DNA of 64,000 bases, from contig CAYYRN010000004.1 in assembly GCA_964474295.1 (NCBI GenBank), positions 641 to 64,640 on the forward strand, given 5' to 3'. Position numbers and translations under genes: made by a program. Under the pieces are notes generated by a model that made no database searches, had not been told where the DNA came from, and worked only from the letters and a program-made list of their open reading frames with translations. Shown one piece after another: positions 60,764 through 64,000 of this stretch. Every line of letters starts with the position of its first letter. Within the stretch, counting starts at the first letter, position 1. This stretch comes from an uncultured Eubacteriales bacterium (lineage in GTDB: Bacteria; Bacillota; Clostridia; Oscillospirales; Acutalibacteraceae).

Positions 60764-62560
60764 TCAACACTGATTCTTATCAAATTGGCTGTTGTAAAGC
60801 TCCGCATAAAATCCGTTTTGTTCCAGCAAATCGTTATGCGTTCCCTGTTCTATAATGTCGCCGTCCTTCATTACGAGTATCAGATCGGCATTTTTTATTG
60901 TAGAGAGCCTGTGTGCTATTACAAAGCTTGTTCTGTTTTCCGTAAGCTTATCCATCGCTCGTTGAGTAATCAGCTCGGTTCGTGTGTCGACAGAGGATGT
61001 CGCTTCGTCAAGAATGAGCATCGGACTGTTTTGAATCATTGCACGGGCAACGGTGAACAACTGCTTTTGACCTGCCGAAATTGTGGTGTTTTCGCTCATA
61101 ACCGTGTCAAAGCCTTTTGGGAGGGATTTAACAAAATGATAAATTCCGCAAGCCTTGCAGGCTGCTACAAGCTGCTCATCGCTTACTCCCGTTTTGTTGT
61201 AAACGAGGTTTTCTCTGACAGTCCCCTCAAATAACCAAGTGTCCTGCAAAACCATAGAGAAAAGCGAATGAACGCTTTCACGCTTGACGTCGGAAAGAGT
61301 TTTGCCGTCAACCTTTATTTTACCCTCGTTGGCTTCAAAGAAACGCATCAGAAGATTTACCATTGTTGTTTTTCCCGCACCGGTCGGGCCGACAATCGCA
61401 ACCTTTTGACCGGGCATAATGTGTGCTGAAAAATCTTTTATAATAATTTTATCGGGATTGTCGGGGTATGAAAAACGAATGTGTTCAAACTCCACTTCGC
61501 CTTTAATATCATCAATGGAAATCGACGGCTTATCGGATTCATCGGAAAGTTCTTCTTCTTCGAGAAAATCAAAAACTCTGTCTCCGGCAGCGGCGGCGGA
61601 CTGCATATTTGTCATACCCTGTGCAAGAGTGCTGAGGGGTGACGTGAACAGACGGACATACATAATAAATGCGATTATAACACCGAAAGTAATTTTTCCG
61701 TCAAGGGCAAGCACCGCACCTATAACGCACACGGCAACGTATCCCAAGTTGCCTATAATGTTCATTAACGGCTGCATAATTCCCGACAAAAACTGGCTTT
61801 TCCATTCGGCGTCGTAAACTGCCTTGTTGAGCGAATTAAAGTCGCTTTTTATTTTTTCGTTTGCACGGGAAAGCCTTACAACATCGTGTCCCGAATACAT
61901 TTCTTCGATAAATCCGTTGAGAGCGCCTAAATTATTCTGACGTGAAATGAAGAATTTTTGAGAGCGTGACATAATCAGTGCCATTATCGCAAAGCCCAAA
62001 AGCGTGGCACCTATCGCACCGAGAGCCATTCTCCACTCGGTAGCAAACATCATAATAAGACAGCCTAAGAATTGTGCAACCGCACTTATCATTGAAGGCA
62101 GACTGTTGGAAAGCGTTTGCTGGAGCGTGCTGACATCGTTTGTTACACGGCTTAAAATGTCACCGTGTGATGTGGAGTTGTAAAGGCTCATCGGAACATT
62201 GTTGATTTTTCTTGACAAATCGTTACGCATCTTGAGCGATAAATCGAGCGTAACCGTTGACATAATGAAATGTTCGATATATGTGAAAAGGGCGCTGAAA
62301 CCATAAATACAAAGAAGTGAAATACCTGCTCTCGCAATTTCTTTCATATCAATCTTGCCGAGAAGCGAACCGGAAATTATATCTGTAATTTCGCTTAATT
62401 TGTTAGGGCCTATAATTGTAAGTATCGCACCGAGAGCTGCCAATATGAGCGAAACGATTGTCGGCAGTTTAAGTTTAGGGGAATAAGAAAAAATATTTTT
62501 GATTATTCCCATAACACCTCTTTTACTTTTTTGAGGTACGGACATACTGTTGTTTCTCAT
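60764..62560 (-). CDS. ABC exporter fused permease/ATPase, subunit B of a heterodimer (consensus Walker B, non-canonical signature)
   Basis: Six TM spans then an NBD: Walker A GPTGAGKTT, signature ISAGQKQL (not LSGGQ), Walker B LILDEATSSVD, H-loop AHRL. Confidence 0.85.
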   Translation of the reverse strand: MRNNSMSVPQKSKRGVMGIIKNIFSYSPKLKLPTIVSLILAALGAILTIIGPNKLSEITDIISGSLLGKIDMKEIARAGISLLCIYGFSALFTYIEHFIMSTVTLDLSLKMRNDLSRKINNVPMSLYNSTSHGDILSRVTNDVSTLQQTLSNSLPSMISAVAQFLGCLIMMFATEWRMALGAIGATLLGFAIMALIMSRSQKFFISRQNNLGALNGFIEEMYSGHDVVRLSRANEKIKSDFNSLNKAVYDAEWKSQFLSGIMQPLMNIIGNLGYVAVCVIGAVLALDGKITFGVIIAFIMYVRLFTSPLSTLAQGMTNMQSAAAAGDRVFDFLEEEELSDESDKPSISIDDIKGEVEFEHIRFSYPDNPDKIIIKDFSAHIMPGQKVAIVGPTGAGKTTMVNLLMRFFEANEGKIKVDGKTLSDVKRESVHSLFSMVLQDTWLFEGTVRENLVYNKTGVSDEQLVAACKACGIYHFVKSLPKGFDTVMSENTTISAGQKQLFTVARAMIQNSPMLILDEATSSVDTRTELITQRAMDKLTENRTSFVIAHRLSTIKNADLILVMKDGDIIEQGTHNDLLEQNGFYAELYNSQFDKNQC

Positions 62561-62573
62561 TTGTTTTCACCTC

Positions 62574-64000
62574 TCATTTAAGTTCATCATCTGAAAGCTG
62601 CGAAAGAGCGATTTCACGGTACACTTCACAGTTTTCCATAAGCTCCGAATGTGTGCCTATGCCTACCGCTTTTCCCTCATCAAGCACAATTATTTTGTCT
62701 GCGTTTCTTATCGTTCCTATTCTTTGCGCAACAATCATAAGCGTAATACCCGATAATTTTTCGTTAAGACCTTTGCGTAATGCTTTATCGGTTTTGTAAT
62801 CGAGAGCAGAAAAAGAATCGTCAAAAATCAAAATTTCGGAGTTTCTCGCAAGAGCCCTTGCAATCGAGATACGCTGTTTTTGTCCTCCCGAAACGTTTGA
62901 ACCTCCCTGTGCTATGGGTGAATCTATTCCGCCCGCAAGCTTTTCTACAAATTCTTTGGCTTGTGCGGTTTCAAGGGCATCGTTTACATTTTCTTCGTTT
63001 TGCTCTGCTCTGCTTTCACCGAACAGAATATTGCTTTTTATACTGCCGGAAAAAAGCACCGCCTTTTGTGTGACGAAACCTATGCGGTCATAGAGTGCGT
63101 CAAATGTGTAATCTTTAACGTTTACGCCGTCAACGAGAACTTCACCCTCCGTTGCATCGTAAATTCTTGCGGCAAGGTTAATAAGCGTTGTTTTGCCTGA
63201 ACCCGTAGCGCCGATAAATGCTATCGTTTCACCCTTGTTTACTTTAAAGGATATGTTTTCAAGCGTGTTCTCCGAAGAAGACGGATATTTAAAAGAAACG
63301 TTTTTAAATTCAACGGTTCCCACTTCTTTCGATGATGTTACATTGCCCTCGACAAGGTCGGTTTGGGCATCGAGAACTTCGTTTATTCTTTGTGCCGAAA
63401 CCTGAGCCGACGGCAAAAACATCATAATCATAACGAGCATCATAATAGACATAATAACATATGTGGCATATGTGCTGAACACAACAACATCACTGAACAT
63501 CGTAAGTCTTGACATTGCATCCGTTACGGGTATTTGATTTATGAGCGAAGCGCCTACCCAGTAAATAACCAGTGCAAGCGAGTTCATAGCAAGGCTTACA
63601 AGAGGCATAAGCAATGCGAAAGTACGCTGGTTGAAAAGCTGAGTTTTCATAAGCCTTTCCGCTGCCGAAGCGAATTTCTTATTTTGATAATCTTCCGCGC
63701 CGAAAGCGTGAACAACATTAATGCCCGTTAAATTTTCACGGGCTATGAGGTTGAGCTTATCGATAAGCTTTTGAACAAGCTTGAATCTCGGCATAACCAC
63801 CGTGATAATGACGGACATAATTCCGAGAAGGAAAAGCACAAATCCCGCTGTGATGAGGGAAAGCTCCCAGCTTTTGTTTACAATTTTAATAATTGCCCAA
63901 ACAGCCATAACGGGTGATTTTATTATCATCTGCAATCCCATCGAAACGAGCATTTGAATTTGTGTAACGTCGTTTGTGGTGCGGTTAATGAGGCTCGGCA
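62574..64000 (-). CDS. ABC exporter fused permease/ATPase, subunit A of a heterodimer (5' end outside the window; Walker B Asp-Asp instead of Asp-Glu)
   Basis: The frame stays open to the window edge (..RTTNDVTQIQMLVS..). Walker A GATGSGKTT, signature VSGGQKQR, Walker B ILIFDDSFSALD. The GAGGTGA RBS of the downstream gene sits in the 13-nt gap. Confidence 0.85.
   Translation of the reverse strand, partial: PSLINRTTNDVTQIQMLVSMGLQMIIKSPVMAVWAIIKIVNKSWELSLITAGFVLFLLGIMSVIITVVMPRFKLVQKLIDKLNLIARENLTGINVVHAFGAEDYQNKKFASAAERLMKTQLFNQRTFALLMPLVSLAMNSLALVIYWVGASLINQIPVTDAMSRLTMFSDVVVFSTYATYVIMSIMMLVMIMMFLPSAQVSAQRINEVLDAQTDLVEGNVTSSKEVGTVEFKNVSFKYPSSSENTLENISFKVNKGETIAFIGATGSGKTTLINLAARIYDATEGEVLVDGVNVKDYTFDALYDRIGFVTQKAVLFSGSIKSNILFGESRAEQNEENVNDALETAQAKEFVEKLAGGIDSPIAQGGSNVSGGQKQRISIARALARNSEILIFDDSFSALDYKTDKALRKGLNEKLSGITLMIVAQRIGTIRNADKIIVLDEGKAVGIGTHSELMENCEVYREIALSQLSDDELK

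Noticed and set aside
1-64000. Search for CRISPR arrays, tRNA or rRNA genes, IS elements, integrases, toxin-antitoxin pairs, and restriction-modification or other defence systems.
   Set aside because: No regularly spaced direct repeats, no cloverleaf-sized conserved spacers and no transposase, integrase or recombinase motifs were seen. Every gap of more than 100 nt is explained by promoters, leaders or terminators. The N6-adenine methyltransferase at 45452 is in the conserved yabB-rsmI context and has no nuclease partner, so it is not an R-M system.

Overview
The window is gene-dense, with about 63 CDS, mostly on the + strand and with short intergenic gaps. It looks like core chromosome of a low-GC, spore-forming Firmicute. 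A ruminococcal or oscillospiral type of Clostridia is my guess, based on yabP/yabQ sporulation genes, a cohesin-module surface protein, a BspA-type LRR protein and frequent GTG/TTG starts. That taxonomic placement is inference only.

Recognisable housekeeping blocks:
- murA-yycJ-rlmH
- mfd
- rpsO-pnp
- proBA
- recJ-rel-dtd-MBL-hemZ-like
- The Bacillus-type block yabM-mazG-(hup)-yabO-yabP-yabQ-divIC-yabR ... yabB-like MTase-rsmI
- rpe
- mecA
- A GH13 enzyme
- tarI-tarJ-tarL-like CDP-ribitol/teichoic-acid genes
- maf
- mgtC
- A heterodimeric ABC exporter

I saw no rRNA, tRNA, CRISPR array, transposase, integrase or prophage signature. No intergenic gap is long enough (maximum about 310 nt) for a large ncRNA.

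Nothing here is an obvious new system. The candidates most worth follow-up are:
1. A complete DnaA-family gene wedged, apparently without its own promoter, between a teichoic-acid gene and maf. It has no dnaN and no DnaA-box cluster.
2. A three-gene module of PlsC-type acyltransferase with Zn-ribbon tail, acyl-AMP ligase and dedicated ACP, sitting behind a promoter-overlapping palindrome.
3. A self-contained operon of four uncharacterised membrane proteins headed by a Zn-ribbon/TM/TPR protein and ending in rpe.
4. A TM-anchored cohesin + Big_2 protein.
5. A dehydrogenase plus two TIM-barrel proteins forming a compact sugar module.

Several small RNA or DNA signals are listed separately: a WalR-type direct repeat upstream of murA, an rpsO anti-SD leader, a long pnp leader helix, a 15-bp tandem duplication in proB, and twin terminator hairpins with a compensatory change. 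All functional calls come from reading motifs by eye. No database search was run.
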